Shown in pieces: positions 1 through 7,651 of a stretch of DNA of 12,280 nt; position 1 is the stretch's first letter, and every line of letters starts with the position of its first letter. The stretch is from Myxococcota bacterium. Lineage in GTDB: Bacteria > Myxococcota_A > UBA9160 > PR03. The position numbers and the translations under genes were made by a program. A model generated the notes under the pieces. The model was given only the letters and a program-made list of their open reading frames with translations, ran no database searches and was not told the DNA's origin. The DNA lies in assembly GCA_041611735.1 (NCBI GenBank), contig JBFIML010000074.1:1-12280 (forward strand), written 5' to 3'.

Positions 1-602
1 ACGCCCTTGGGGTCTCCCGTGGTTCCCGAGGTGTAGATGATCTGGAGCGGATCGTTCGGGCCCTCGAGGCGCACATCCGGCGTGGGCGCCGGCTCGGCCA
101 GCACGGCACCCAGCGGCTCGACGCCGGGCGTCGGCGCCGGGAAGGCTCCGCCGCGGCCCTCGCGGGTCTCCAGGGACAGGATCCAGCCCAGCTCCGGCGC
201 CTGCCCGTGGATCCGGCCGACCTCCTCCAGACAGTAGTCGGCGCAGACCACGCCCCGGCAGCCGGCGTTCCGCAGCAGGAAGGCCAGCTTGTGGCCGCGG
301 GTGCGCGGGTCGATGGGCACGAAGACGGTTCCCGAGATCGAGGCGGCGATCATCGTCTCCACGAACTCGGGGTGGTTGCGCATCATGAGCCCGAAGCGGT
401 CTCCGCGCTCGAGCCCGCGCGCCACGAGAGCCGCGGCCAGACGGTTGGCGTGGGTCTGGAGGTCGCCGTAGGTACGCACCTCGTCCGGGGTGGCGCCGCC
501 GTCCAGACTCAGGTGCTCGAAGGTGAGGACGTCGAGGTCCGGGTCGCGCTCGGCGCGGGCGGCGACGAGGTCCGCCAGGATCAGATCGTTTCGCTCGCGC
601 AT
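1..602 (-). CDS. AMP-dependent acyl-CoA synthetase/ligase, N-terminal part (runs off the left edge; missing from the ORF track)
   Basis: Manual translation from the ATG at 602 gives MRERNDLILADLVAARAERDPDLDVLTFEH...GLERGDRFGLMMRNHPEFVETMIAASISGTVFVPIDPR...LQIIYTSGTTGDPKG, which contains the canonical AMP-binding P-loop YTSGTTGxPKG. A GGAGGGG RBS lies just upstream. Confidence 0.93.
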   Translation of the reverse strand, partial: MRERNDLILADLVAARAERDPDLDVLTFEHLSLDGGATPDEVRTYGDLQTHANRLAAALVARGLERGDRFGLMMRNHPEFVETMIAASISGTVFVPIDPRTRGHKLAFLLRNAGCRGVVCADYCLEEVGRIHGQAPELGWILSLETREGRGGAFPAPTPGVEPLGAVLAEPAPTPDVRLEGPNDPLQIIYTSGTTGDPKG

Positions 603-630
603 GACCCCTCCGCGGCAGGCGCCGCGTTGT

Positions 631-1863
631 TCACGCCTGGAGTATCGTCACGCACATCGCGGCGGCATCCACCCCGATGTTCCCGCCGCCGTTGTGGGCC
701 AGCGCGAGGCGGGCTCCCTCGACCTGGCGCGGGCCCGAGCGGCCCTGGAGCTGCTCGGTGAGCTCCACGATCTGCGCCAGGCCCGTGGCGCCCACCGGGT
801 GCCCCTTCCGCAGCAGCCCGCCCGAGGGATTGACGGGAATCCGTCCGCCGAGACGCGTGGCCCCCTCGTCGATCAGCTTGCCTCCCTCGCCCTTCGCGCA
901 CAGGGCCAGCGACTCGTAGGCCATCAGCTCGGCGGGGGCGGATGCGTCGTGGCACTCGATCACGTCGAGGTCCGACGCCGAGACCCCCGCCTCCTCGTAG
1001 GCCTCCCGCGCACAGACCTCGACGGTGCCGGGCTCGTCCCAGCCGTGGTCCCAGCCCGAGTGCAGTACGCTCGTCACCACGCGCACGGGCTTGCGCAGGC
1101 CGAGGGCTCTCGCCTTGCGCTCGCTCACCAGGACCGCCGCAGCGGCGCCGTCCCCGATCGGCGAGCACATCGGGCGGGTGAGGGGCTCCGCGATCATGGG
1201 CGCCGCCAGCACTTCCTTCACCGTCAGCTCCTCGCGGAACTGCGCCCGGGGATTCAGGCTTCCGTGGTGGGAGTTCTTGGCGGAGACCCCGGCGAACTGC
1301 TCGATCGTGGTGCCGTAGCGCTGCATGTGGGCCCGGGCGGCGGCGGCGTAGATGTCCATGAACATCGAGCGCTTCTCGCCGGCGCCGGAGGCGCCGGCCG
1401 CCCCACCGCGGGCCTGGGCGCTCTCCTGGAGGCGCGCCAGCAGCTCCTGCAGGGCCTCCACGTCCACGGCTCCACTGAACGCGGCGAAGGACTTGCGTTT
1501 GTCCGGGTGGTGGAGCTTCTCCACGCCCAGCGCGAGCACGACGTCGTGGAGCCCGGCCGACAGCATGGCTGCGGCCTGGTAGAGGGCGGTGGACGCGCTG
1601 GCGCAGGCGTTCTCCACGTTCACCACGGGAATCCGCCCCAGGCCCATCGAGCGCAGGATCACCTGACCCCGGATGCTCTCCTGGCCGGTGACGAGGCCGG
1701 CCGCCGCGTTGCCCACCCAGGCGGCCTCGAGCGCCTGGGGCTCGAGGTTCGCGTCCGCCAGCGCGGCTCGAACCGCCTCGGCGCCGAGGGCCTTGAGCCC
1801 GGTCTCCAGATGCTTGCCGAAGCGGGTCATGCCGACCCCCGCCACGACCGCCTTCATCCGCAT
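631..1863 (-). CDS. Thiolase family protein, SCP2/lipid-transfer type
   Basis: Motifs: GVGMTRFG at the N-terminus, NACAS (nucleophile Cys), VIECHDA, VNPSGGLL, GHPVGATG, and HNGGG in place of the classical C-terminal CxG. GGAGG RBS upstream of the ATG. Confidence 0.93.
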   Translation of the reverse strand: MRMKAVVAGVGMTRFGKHLETGLKALGAEAVRAALADANLEPQALEAAWVGNAAAGLVTGQESIRGQVILRSMGLGRIPVVNVENACASASTALYQAAAMLSAGLHDVVLALGVEKLHHPDKRKSFAAFSGAVDVEALQELLARLQESAQARGGAAGASGAGEKRSMFMDIYAAAARAHMQRYGTTIEQFAGVSAKNSHHGSLNPRAQFREELTVKEVLAAPMIAEPLTRPMCSPIGDGAAAAVLVSERKARALGLRKPVRVVTSVLHSGWDHGWDEPGTVEVCAREAYEEAGVSASDLDVIECHDASAPAELMAYESLALCAKGEGGKLIDEGATRLGGRIPVNPSGGLLRKGHPVGATGLAQIVELTEQLQGRSGPRQVEGARLALAHNGGGNIGVDAAAMCVTILQA

Positions 1864-1887
1864 CGAGGGCGCCTCCGTCCCGGCCGC

Positions 1888-2676
1888 TCAGAGCAGGCCG
1901 TGTCCCTTGATTCCGAGTGCGCTCTTCAGGAACTCGAGCTCCGCCTCGCGCCAGGGCAGGGGGGCCGGATCCTGGAGCATGCCGTCGCGCTCGAGCTCCC
2001 CGACCACCGCCTCCGAACGGGGGAACGGGTCGCCATGACGGTTCATGTGGAAGAGCTGCTCGAAGGGCTGGCGCGGCCGCTGTCCGCCCGCTTCCGGGCT
2101 CTCGGCGGGGTATCCCACCGTCTGCAGCAGCAGCACCCGCGCGCTGTCGGGCAGCCCCAGGTTCTCGCGGATCTTGTCGGTGTTGGGCGTCCCGAGACAG
2201 CAGGTCCCGAGCCCCTGCTCGAAGGCCATCAGGGTGGCCTGTGCGATTCCCTGGCCGCAGTCCACCTCGCCCAGGCCGGGTTCCTTCAGCTTGTCGCGGA
2301 TCGAGTCGAAGATGGGGATCAGCTGCTGTTCGAGGGCCTTCTCCTTGCCCTCCCCGACGCCGAGGGCGCCGGCCCGCAGCAGCTCGCGCAGGCGTTGTGA
2401 CTGCTCGTCCACCGCGGCGGTTTCGATGTACCAGACGATCACCACGGGAGCGAGCCGGATCTGGAAGCCGGCGATCGGCGCCATCAGCGCGTCCAAGGTC
2501 TCCTTGGATGCGCTGTCGCGGAACACCACCACGGCGCGCAGGCTCTGCACGTTGCCCCAGTGCGAGGCGATGCGGGCCGCCTCGAGCATCCGCTGGATCT
2601 TCTCCGGCTCCACCGGCCGGTAGGGCCGCAGGAAGCGGATGGATCGCCTTCGTCCGAGCACCTCGCGCAGTTCCAC
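1888..2676 (-). CDS. Nitroreductase family (FMN-dependent) protein
   Basis: N-terminal RRRSIR FMN-binding motif, D-G-AQATLMA-EQGLGTC helix and GYPAE C-terminal motif. GTG start with an AGGAGG RBS overlapping the upstream stop codon. Confidence 0.9.
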   Translation of the reverse strand: MELREVLGRRRSIRFLRPYRPVEPEKIQRMLEAARIASHWGNVQSLRAVVVFRDSASKETLDALMAPIAGFQIRLAPVVIVWYIETAAVDEQSQRLRELLRAGALGVGEGKEKALEQQLIPIFDSIRDKLKEPGLGEVDCGQGIAQATLMAFEQGLGTCCLGTPNTDKIRENLGLPDSARVLLLQTVGYPAESPEAGGQRPRQPFEQLFHMNRHGDPFPRSEAVVGELERDGMLQDPAPLPWREAELEFLKSALGIKGHGLL

Positions 2677-2689
2677 CGTTCGTACCTCC

Positions 2690-3895
2690 TCAGAGCTTCT
2701 CCGCGGCGACCAGGCTGAGCAGGTCGTTGCAGCCGTCCTCGATCATCGAAGCACGCGCGTCGCGAAGGAGCTTCTCCATGGGATACTCGCGGCTGAGCCC
2801 GTTGCCCCCGAAGATCTGGAGGGCGCCGCTCGCCACGTCGAAGGCGGTCTGGGTGCAGAAGACCTTGGAGGCGATCGAGTACTGCACCAGCGGGGGCGAG
2901 GTGGAGTTGTGGAGCGCCACCCGCCGGGCGAGGGAACGCGCCGCCTCTACCTGGGTGAATGCCCTGAACAGCCGCGCCTTCACGCTCTGGTGCTGGAAGA
3001 TGGAGACGCCGCCCTGGATCCTCTGCTTGGCGTATCCGATCGCGTGCTCGAGGGCGGCGCGGGCCAGCCCGACGAAGATCGTTCCCATGGCGGCGTTGGC
3101 CAGCGCCAGGACCGTCTCCACCACGAGGCCGTAGGCGTCCGGGCCGACCACCATGTACGCCTCGGGGATGCGGACGTCGTCGAAGAAGATCTCGCCCTGG
3201 TTGAGCGCGCGCTGCCCCAGCTTGTCCAGAGGCTTGCCACGCGACACGCCGGGCAGATGGAGCGGAACCACGGCGACGCCGCCCCCCCCGAATCCATGCT
3301 TCGGATCGACGGTGCAGAAGAGCGCCGCCACCGTGGCGATGGTTCCGTTGGAGACCCAGGCGGCCTTCTGGCCGCGGATCACGAAGTGGCTCCCGTCCTT
3401 GCGGGCGACGCAGTTCGGGCGCACGGAGGGATCTCGGAAGTGGGGCTGATCGAAGGCCAGCGAATCGCTGCCATGGTCGGGCTCGGTCACCGCCCAGCAG
3501 CCGATCTCCTCGGCGCCGGCGTCGCAGTAGCGCTCGATCAGCTCCTGACGTCCCGACATGCGGGCGAAGATGCGGTGGAACCCGGAGACGCCCAGACTGA
3601 TGGCGAGCCCCGCATCGCCCCAGCCGAGCTCCTCGCTGACGAGGAAACGCATGCGCGCGTTCTCGGCGGGAGTGCGCTCCCCGGCGGTGGCGTCGAGCGC
3701 GTCGAGACCGAGCTCCCGGTAGCGCTCGAATACGCTCCACAGCACGGAGTCCGGCGCGATCACCGCCTGGGGATCGGCGAGGCGGTCGAGCGCCGCGCCC
3801 GCGGGCCGCATCACCTCCTCGGCGAACTTGTGCGCCAGGTCGCGGACCGCCCGTTCCTCGTCCGTGAGCGACGCCTCGATGTCGACGAGCCCCAT
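2690..3895 (-). CDS. Acyl-CoA dehydrogenase family protein
   Basis: Motifs: EELGWGDAG, WAVTEPDHGSD, GQKAWVSNG, KLGQRA, YAKQRIQGG and QIFGGNGLSREYPMEKLLRDAR. GAGGAGG RBS. Confidence 0.95.
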   Translation of the reverse strand: MGLVDIEASLTDEERAVRDLAHKFAEEVMRPAGAALDRLADPQAVIAPDSVLWSVFERYRELGLDALDATAGERTPAENARMRFLVSEELGWGDAGLAISLGVSGFHRIFARMSGRQELIERYCDAGAEEIGCWAVTEPDHGSDSLAFDQPHFRDPSVRPNCVARKDGSHFVIRGQKAAWVSNGTIATVAALFCTVDPKHGFGGGGVAVVPLHLPGVSRGKPLDKLGQRALNQGEIFFDDVRIPEAYMVVGPDAYGLVVETVLALANAAMGTIFVGLARAALEHAIGYAKQRIQGGVSIFQHQSVKARLFRAFTQVEAARSLARRVALHNSTSPPLVQYSIASKVFCTQTAFDVASGALQIFGGNGLSREYPMEKLLRDARASMIEDGCNDLLSLVAAEKL

Positions 3896-3951
3896 GGCAC
3901 GCCTCCTCGCTCGGACGGGGGTCGACCCTATCCCTTCGGGGCATGCACGGG

Positions 3952-3967
3952 TATGACCCCCGTCATA
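3952..3967. promoter_or_regulatory. Palindromic operator TATGAC-CCCC-GTCATA (CRP/FNR-like), upstream of the acyl-CoA dehydrogenase operon
   Basis: Perfect 6-4-6 inverted repeat. Its centre (3959.5) is 29.5 bp from a TAGGGT -10-like hexamer on the minus strand (3930-3925), which is the class II -41.5 position. Confidence 0.7.
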
Positions 3968-3997
3968 GGCAGGGCACGTGAGCGACCCCGGAGTCGC

Positions 3998-5041
3998 CTA
4001 TCCGCCGCGGGTGTGCATCTCCAAGTGCGGGTCGCGGCGCAGGGCTTTGCGCCCGAAGGGATCCCCTCGCTCCGGATGGCGGAGGCGCTGCTCGGCCCCG
4101 CGGTTGCGGCGCTGCCGCCAGGCTCGGGCGATGCGCTGCTGGAGCTTCGCCCGCGTGGCGCCGTTCCGCAGCGGTCCGCGCAGGTCGGTGCCGCTCCGCG
4201 CGTAGAGACACGGGTAGAGCATGCCGTCGGCAGTGAGGCGCACCCGGTCGCAGGCGCCGCAGAACGGCCGGCTCGTGGAGGCGACGATCCCGAAGCAGGT
4301 CCCGTCCGGCAGGACGAAGCGCTCCGCGGGGCTCGCCTCCGCACCGTTCTTGCCGGGTGCGATGGCCCCGTAGCGCTCGCCGAGCCGGATCAGGATCTCG
4401 GTGCGCGGGACCACGTCGGCCATGGACCAGCGGGTGGCTCCCCCGACGTCCATGTACTCGATGAACCGCACCTCGGCGCCCATCTCGCTGCCGTAGGCCA
4501 GAAGATCGGGCATCTCGTCGTCGTTGACGCCGCGGATCACGACGCAGTTGATCTTGAGCGATCGGAAGCCGGCGCGGGATGCGGCTTCGATTCCCGCCAG
4601 CACCCGTGCCAGGCCGCCCCGCCGCCGGGTCAGGACCTCGAACCGGTCCGCCCGCAGGCTGTCCAGGCTCACGGTGACCCGCTGCAGGCCAGCCGCGACG
4701 AGACCCTGAGCCTGCTCGCCGAGCAGGATCCCGTTGGTGGTGAGCGCCAGGTCCCCGGTCCGCAGCCCGTCGGCGAGAACCCGGATCAGGAGCGGCAGGT
4801 CCCGGCGCACCAGGGGCTCGCCTCCGGTGAGCCGGATCCTCGCCACGCCGAGGCCCACGAAGGCGCCCACCAGCGCGTCGATCTCCTCGAAGCCGAGGAG
4901 GTCCCGGCGCGGGAGCCAGGCGTACTCCCGCTCGGGCATGCAGTATCGGCAGCGCAGGTTGCAGCGGTCGGTGACGGAGATCCGCAAGCTCCGCAGCGGG
5001 CGACCCCGGGCGTCCGTCACGGTCGGGCTTCTCGGTCGCAA
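3998..5041 (-). CDS. moaA: GTP 3',8-cyclase MoaA (radical SAM)
   Basis: LRISVTDRCNLRCRYCMP (CxxxCxxC), RLTGGEP, TTNG, RFIEYM, CGACDRVRLTADG-LYPC (Cx2Cx13C) and a C-terminal GG. The start is placed at the TTG at 5041 (GGAG 6 nt upstream); the GTG at 5020 is an alternative. The track start of 5362 is over-extended. Confidence 0.96.
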   Translation of the reverse strand: MRPRSPTVTDARGRPLRSLRISVTDRCNLRCRYCMPEREYAWLPRRDLLGFEEIDALVGAFVGLGVARIRLTGGEPLVRRDLPLLIRVLADGLRTGDLALTTNGILLGEQAQGLVAAGLQRVTVSLDSLRADRFEVLTRRRGGLARVLAGIEAASRAGFRSLKINCVVIRGVNDDEMPDLLAYGSEMGAEVRFIEYMDVGGATRWSMADVVPRTEILIRLGERYGAIAPGKNGAEASPAERFVLPDGTCFGIVASTSRPFCGACDRVRLTADGMLYPCLYARSGTDLRGPLRNGATRAKLQQRIARAWRQRRNRGAEQRLRHPERGDPFGRKALRRDPHLEMHTRGG

Positions 5042-5116
5042 GCTGCGCTCCAGGACCGGGCTCCCCGCGCGGCGGAATGCCGCCCGGGGATGCTGAAGCA
5101 CCGCGTCGGCGCGGCG

Positions 5117-5132
5117 TATGACCGCCGTCACA
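5117..5132. promoter_or_regulatory. Palindromic operator TATGAC-CGCC-GTCACA (CRP/FNR-like), probably serving moaA
   Basis: Near-perfect copy of the 3952 motif, with a right arm matching the CRP half-site TCACA. Its centre is 29.5 bp from CAGCAT on the minus strand (5095-5090), which keeps the conserved -11A and -7T. Confidence 0.6.
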
Positions 5133-5152
5133 GGCACCCCGCCGGCACCGTC

Positions 5153-5168
5153 TATGACGTCGATCATA
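5153..5168. promoter_or_regulatory. Palindromic operator TATGAC-GTCG-ATCATA (CRP/FNR-like), probably serving the CMD-moaDE operon
   Basis: TATGA-N6-TCATA inverted repeat. Its centre is 30.5 bp upstream of TAAGCA at 5191-5196, a weak -10-like element. Confidence 0.6.
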
Positions 5169-5263
5169 CCGGGGGCCCCGCGCCCCGGGGTAAGCAGGCG
5201 TCGATCGGTGGGGGGTGGGAGGGGCGTTCTCTCGGCGGCTCCGACCCCAGGGAGGGCCATCGA

Positions 5264-5623
5264 TTGAGCCATGAATCCGGGGCGAAGAAGCCGTGCTCCC
5301 AGGAGCTGCCCGGGACGTTCAAGCGCTTCGTCCAGCGCTTTCCCGAGCTGGCGGAAGCCCACGAGGGCGTGGCCCAGGCGGTGGAGAAGCTCGGGCCGCT
5401 CGAATCCAAGGCCTGCCAGCTGATCAAGATCGGCATCTCACTGGGAGCCGGGCTCGAGTCGGCGCTGAAGAGCCACGTGCGTCGCGCCCTGCAGGCGGGC
5501 GCGACGCAGCGCGAGATCGAGCAGGCGATCCTTCTCGGCATGAACACGGCCGGCTTTCCGCGCACGGTCGCCGCCTGGAGCTGGGCGCACGAGCAGTTCG
5601 AGCGCGAAGCCCGGGGGCGCTGA
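5264..5623 (+). CDS. Carboxymuconolactone decarboxylase (CMD)/AhpD-like family protein
   Basis: This is the C-terminal end of the 994-aa track ORF. TTG start with GGAGG 8 nt upstream. The sequence LPGTFKRFVQRFPEL...GPLESKACQLIKIGISLGA...SHVRRALQAGATQREIEQAILL...GFP is typical of the CMD family. Confidence 0.85.
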   Translation: MSHESGAKKPCSQELPGTFKRFVQRFPELAEAHEGVAQAVEKLGPLESKACQLIKIGISLGAGLESALKSHVRRALQAGATQREIEQAILLGMNTAGFPRTVAAWSWAHEQFEREARGR

Positions 5624-5630
5624 GATCCTG

Positions 5631-5879
5631 ATGCGCGTGACGGTGCGCCTGTTCGGATTCGAGGCCGACGCGCTCGGCCAGCGGACCGTGACGATCGAGG
5701 TCCCGGACCAGGAGCTGACCTGCGGCCGCTTGGCGCAGGGGCTGGCCGAAGCGGAGCCGAAGCTGGCGCAGAGGCCCGGCAGCTGTCGCCTCGCGGTCAA
5801 TCACGAGTTTGCCGTGGACGACCGCAGGATCGGGCCCGACGACGAGGTCGCGCTGATCGGGATGGTGAGCGGAGGATGA
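5631..5879 (+). CDS. moaD: Molybdopterin synthase sulfur carrier subunit MoaD (ThiS/MoaD family)
   Basis: 82 aa with VRLF, LAVNHEF and a DEVALIGMVSGG C-terminal di-glycine. Overlaps moaE via ATGA. Confidence 0.9.
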   Translation: MRVTVRLFGFEADALGQRTVTIEVPDQELTCGRLAQGLAEAEPKLAQRPGSCRLAVNHEFAVDDRRIGPDDEVALIGMVSGG

Positions 5880-6292
5880 GCGTCACGGTGCGCATCGTCG
5901 ACGGAGCGCTGGGCCCGGCGGAGGAACCCTGGCGGGTTCCCGGAGCGGGGGCCCTCGTCGAGTTCGAAGGTGTCGTCCGGCCACTCGAGGGAGCGCGTCC
6001 GATCCTCGCCCTGGACTACGAGGTGTACGCGCCCATGGCAGGCCGGCAGCTGCGCCGGATCGCCCAGGCGTTGAAGCGGGAGCTCGGCCTCGTCGCCATC
6101 TGCGTCGAGCACAGCCACGGACGGGTGCCGATCGGCGAGCGTTCGTTCCGGCTCCGGGTGGCGGCGGAGCACCGCCAGCAGGCGCTCGAAGCCGTGGAGC
6201 GCTACGTCGATCTCCTCAAGCGCGACGTCCCGATCTGGAAGAAGCCCGTGCTCGCCGCCGTCGCGGCGGCCAGGGCGGACGCGCCGAACTGA
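5876..6292 (+). CDS. moaE: Molybdopterin synthase catalytic subunit MoaE
   Basis: Motifs: GAGALVEFEGVVR, LDYEVYAPMA, HSHGRVPIGE, AEHR and LKRDVPIWKK. Confidence 0.93.
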   Translation: MSVTVRIVDGALGPAEEPWRVPGAGALVEFEGVVRPLEGARPILALDYEVYAPMAGRQLRRIAQALKRELGLVAICVEHSHGRVPIGERSFRLRVAAEHRQQALEAVERYVDLLKRDVPIWKKPVLAAVAAARADAPN

Positions 6293-6394
6293 GCCGGACC
6301 CTGCGCGGAGAGGTCCTCGACCACGGTCACCGGGATGAGGCGCCCGCCGTCCGCGACGCCGATTGAACGCGCCCCTCCGGAGGTCGATGGCACC

Positions 6395-7651
6395 ATGCCC
6401 GCGTGGCTCGCTCCTGCCGGCGCTTCGGATGCCGCGGGCGGCGAGCCCGATCTTCCGCGCTGCCGCTTCACCCTGAGCGAGTTCTCGGGCGCGCTCGGCG
6501 ACCTGGGCACCTTCCTGCCGCTGGTCCTGGCGATGTCCATCGTATGCGGCATGGAGCTGGGATCGATCCTGGTCCTGGCGGGCCTCGCCTGCGTGGTGAC
6601 GGGGCTCTGGTCGGCTCAGCCGATTCCCGTGCAGCCGATGAAGGCGGTCGCCGCCGTAGCCATCACCGAGCGTCTCGCGGCCGGGGAGATCGCCGCCGCT
6701 GGCCTGATCGTCGGAGCGCTGATGTTGGCGCTGGCCCTCACCGGCTCGGTGGACTGGCTGTGCCGGGCCGTTCCGCGCACCATCGTACGCGGCATCCAGC
6801 TCGGCGTCGGCGTCAAGCTCGTGCTCACAGGTCTCGATTGGCTGATGGGATGGAAGGCCGGTGCCGCGGGTGGGCTGCCGCTCGTCGGCTGGGACAGTTT
6901 GCTGGTGGCCGCGATCGTGGGAGGTCTGCTGCTGCTCCCGGCGCTCGGGCGAATCCCCCTCCTGCTGCTGGTCTTCCTGGGCGGCTTCGGATTGCTCCAC
7001 CTCGCCCACCCGGGGCTCTACGCGCAAGTGACGCTGCGGGTTCCGCGACTCGTGTGGACCTTCCCGAGCGGATCGGAGTGGCTCCCGGGGCTGGTGCACG
7101 GCGCGCTGCCCCAGCTTCCACTGACGCTGCTGAACTCGGTGGTCGCCGTGTGTGCGCTGAGCCAGGACTACTTTCCCGGGCGGGGCATCGCCCCGAAGCC
7201 CACGGCGCTGAGCATCGGACTGATGAACCTGCTCTCGGCCCCCCTCGGCGGAGCTCCCGTGTGCCACGGGGCCGGGGGGCTGGCGGCCCAGTACCGCTTC
7301 GGAGGCCGCACGGGCGGCGGCATGGTCATGATCGGGCTCGTCAAGGTCGCGGCGGGCCTGCTCTTCGGCGCGACGCTGGTGAGCGTGCTCTCCGCCTATC
7401 CCGTCTCGATTCTCGCCGTCATGCTCGTCTTCGCCGGCGTGGCCCTGGGGGCGATCGTGCGGGACGTGCGAGGGAGCGCCGACTGGCTCGTGGTCGGTCT
7501 CACGGCTGTGCTGATCGTGCTGGTGAACACCCTCACGGGCTTCGCGATTGGCGCTCTGGTGGCGGGTCTCCTGGCCGCGCGCAGGCGCCTCCGGCGCCGC
7601 GCCTCCGCTGCCGTGACGGCGCCGGTGCAATGGGAGAGCGGCACGGGCTGA
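6395..7651 (+). CDS. MOT1-family molybdate transporter (putative sulfate/molybdate transporter)
   Basis: Hydrophobic multi-TM protein with MOT1 signatures SGALGDLGTFLP, PVQPMKAVAAVAI, RGIQLGVG, LPQLPLTLLNSVVAV and CHGAGGLAAQYRFGGRTG. The start is uncertain (6335 or 6395; GGAGG at 6379-6383). Confidence 0.88.
   Translation: MPAWLAPAGASDAAGGEPDLPRCRFTLSEFSGALGDLGTFLPLVLAMSIVCGMELGSILVLAGLACVVTGLWSAQPIPVQPMKAVAAVAITERLAAGEIAAAGLIVGALMLALALTGSVDWLCRAVPRTIVRGIQLGVGVKLVLTGLDWLMGWKAGAAGGLPLVGWDSLLVAAIVGGLLLLPALGRIPLLLLVFLGGFGLLHLAHPGLYAQVTLRVPRLVWTFPSGSEWLPGLVHGALPQLPLTLLNSVVAVCALSQDYFPGRGIAPKPTALSIGLMNLLSAPLGGAPVCHGAGGLAAQYRFGGRTGGGMVMIGLVKVAAGLLFGATLVSVLSAYPVSILAVMLVFAGVALGAIVRDVRGSADWLVVGLTAVLIVLVNTLTGFAIGALVAGLLAARRRLRRRASAAVTAPVQWESGTG

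Noticed and set aside
490-2400. 636-aa plus-strand ORF and other long ORFs overlapping the catabolic operon
   Set aside because: They lie antisense or out of frame to well-supported genes and show no recognisable motifs.
3982-3997. Hairpin GCGAC-N6-GTCGC directly after the moaA stop
   Set aside because: The stem is short and has no U-tract, so it cannot be called an intrinsic terminator.
2639-5263. 994-aa plus-strand ORF (2639..5623)
   Set aside because: It is an antisense shadow of the dehydrogenase and moaA genes caused by stop-codon scarcity at high GC. Only the last 119 codons (CMD protein) look real.
5042-5263. Possible Moco/Wco riboswitch in the divergent moaA intergenic region (GC hairpins at 5063-5089 and 5169-5188)
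   Set aside because: No recognisable multi-stem architecture or GNRA tetraloop/receptor pattern is present, and the inferred leaders are too short. An Infernal search with the Rfam Moco RNA model would settle it.
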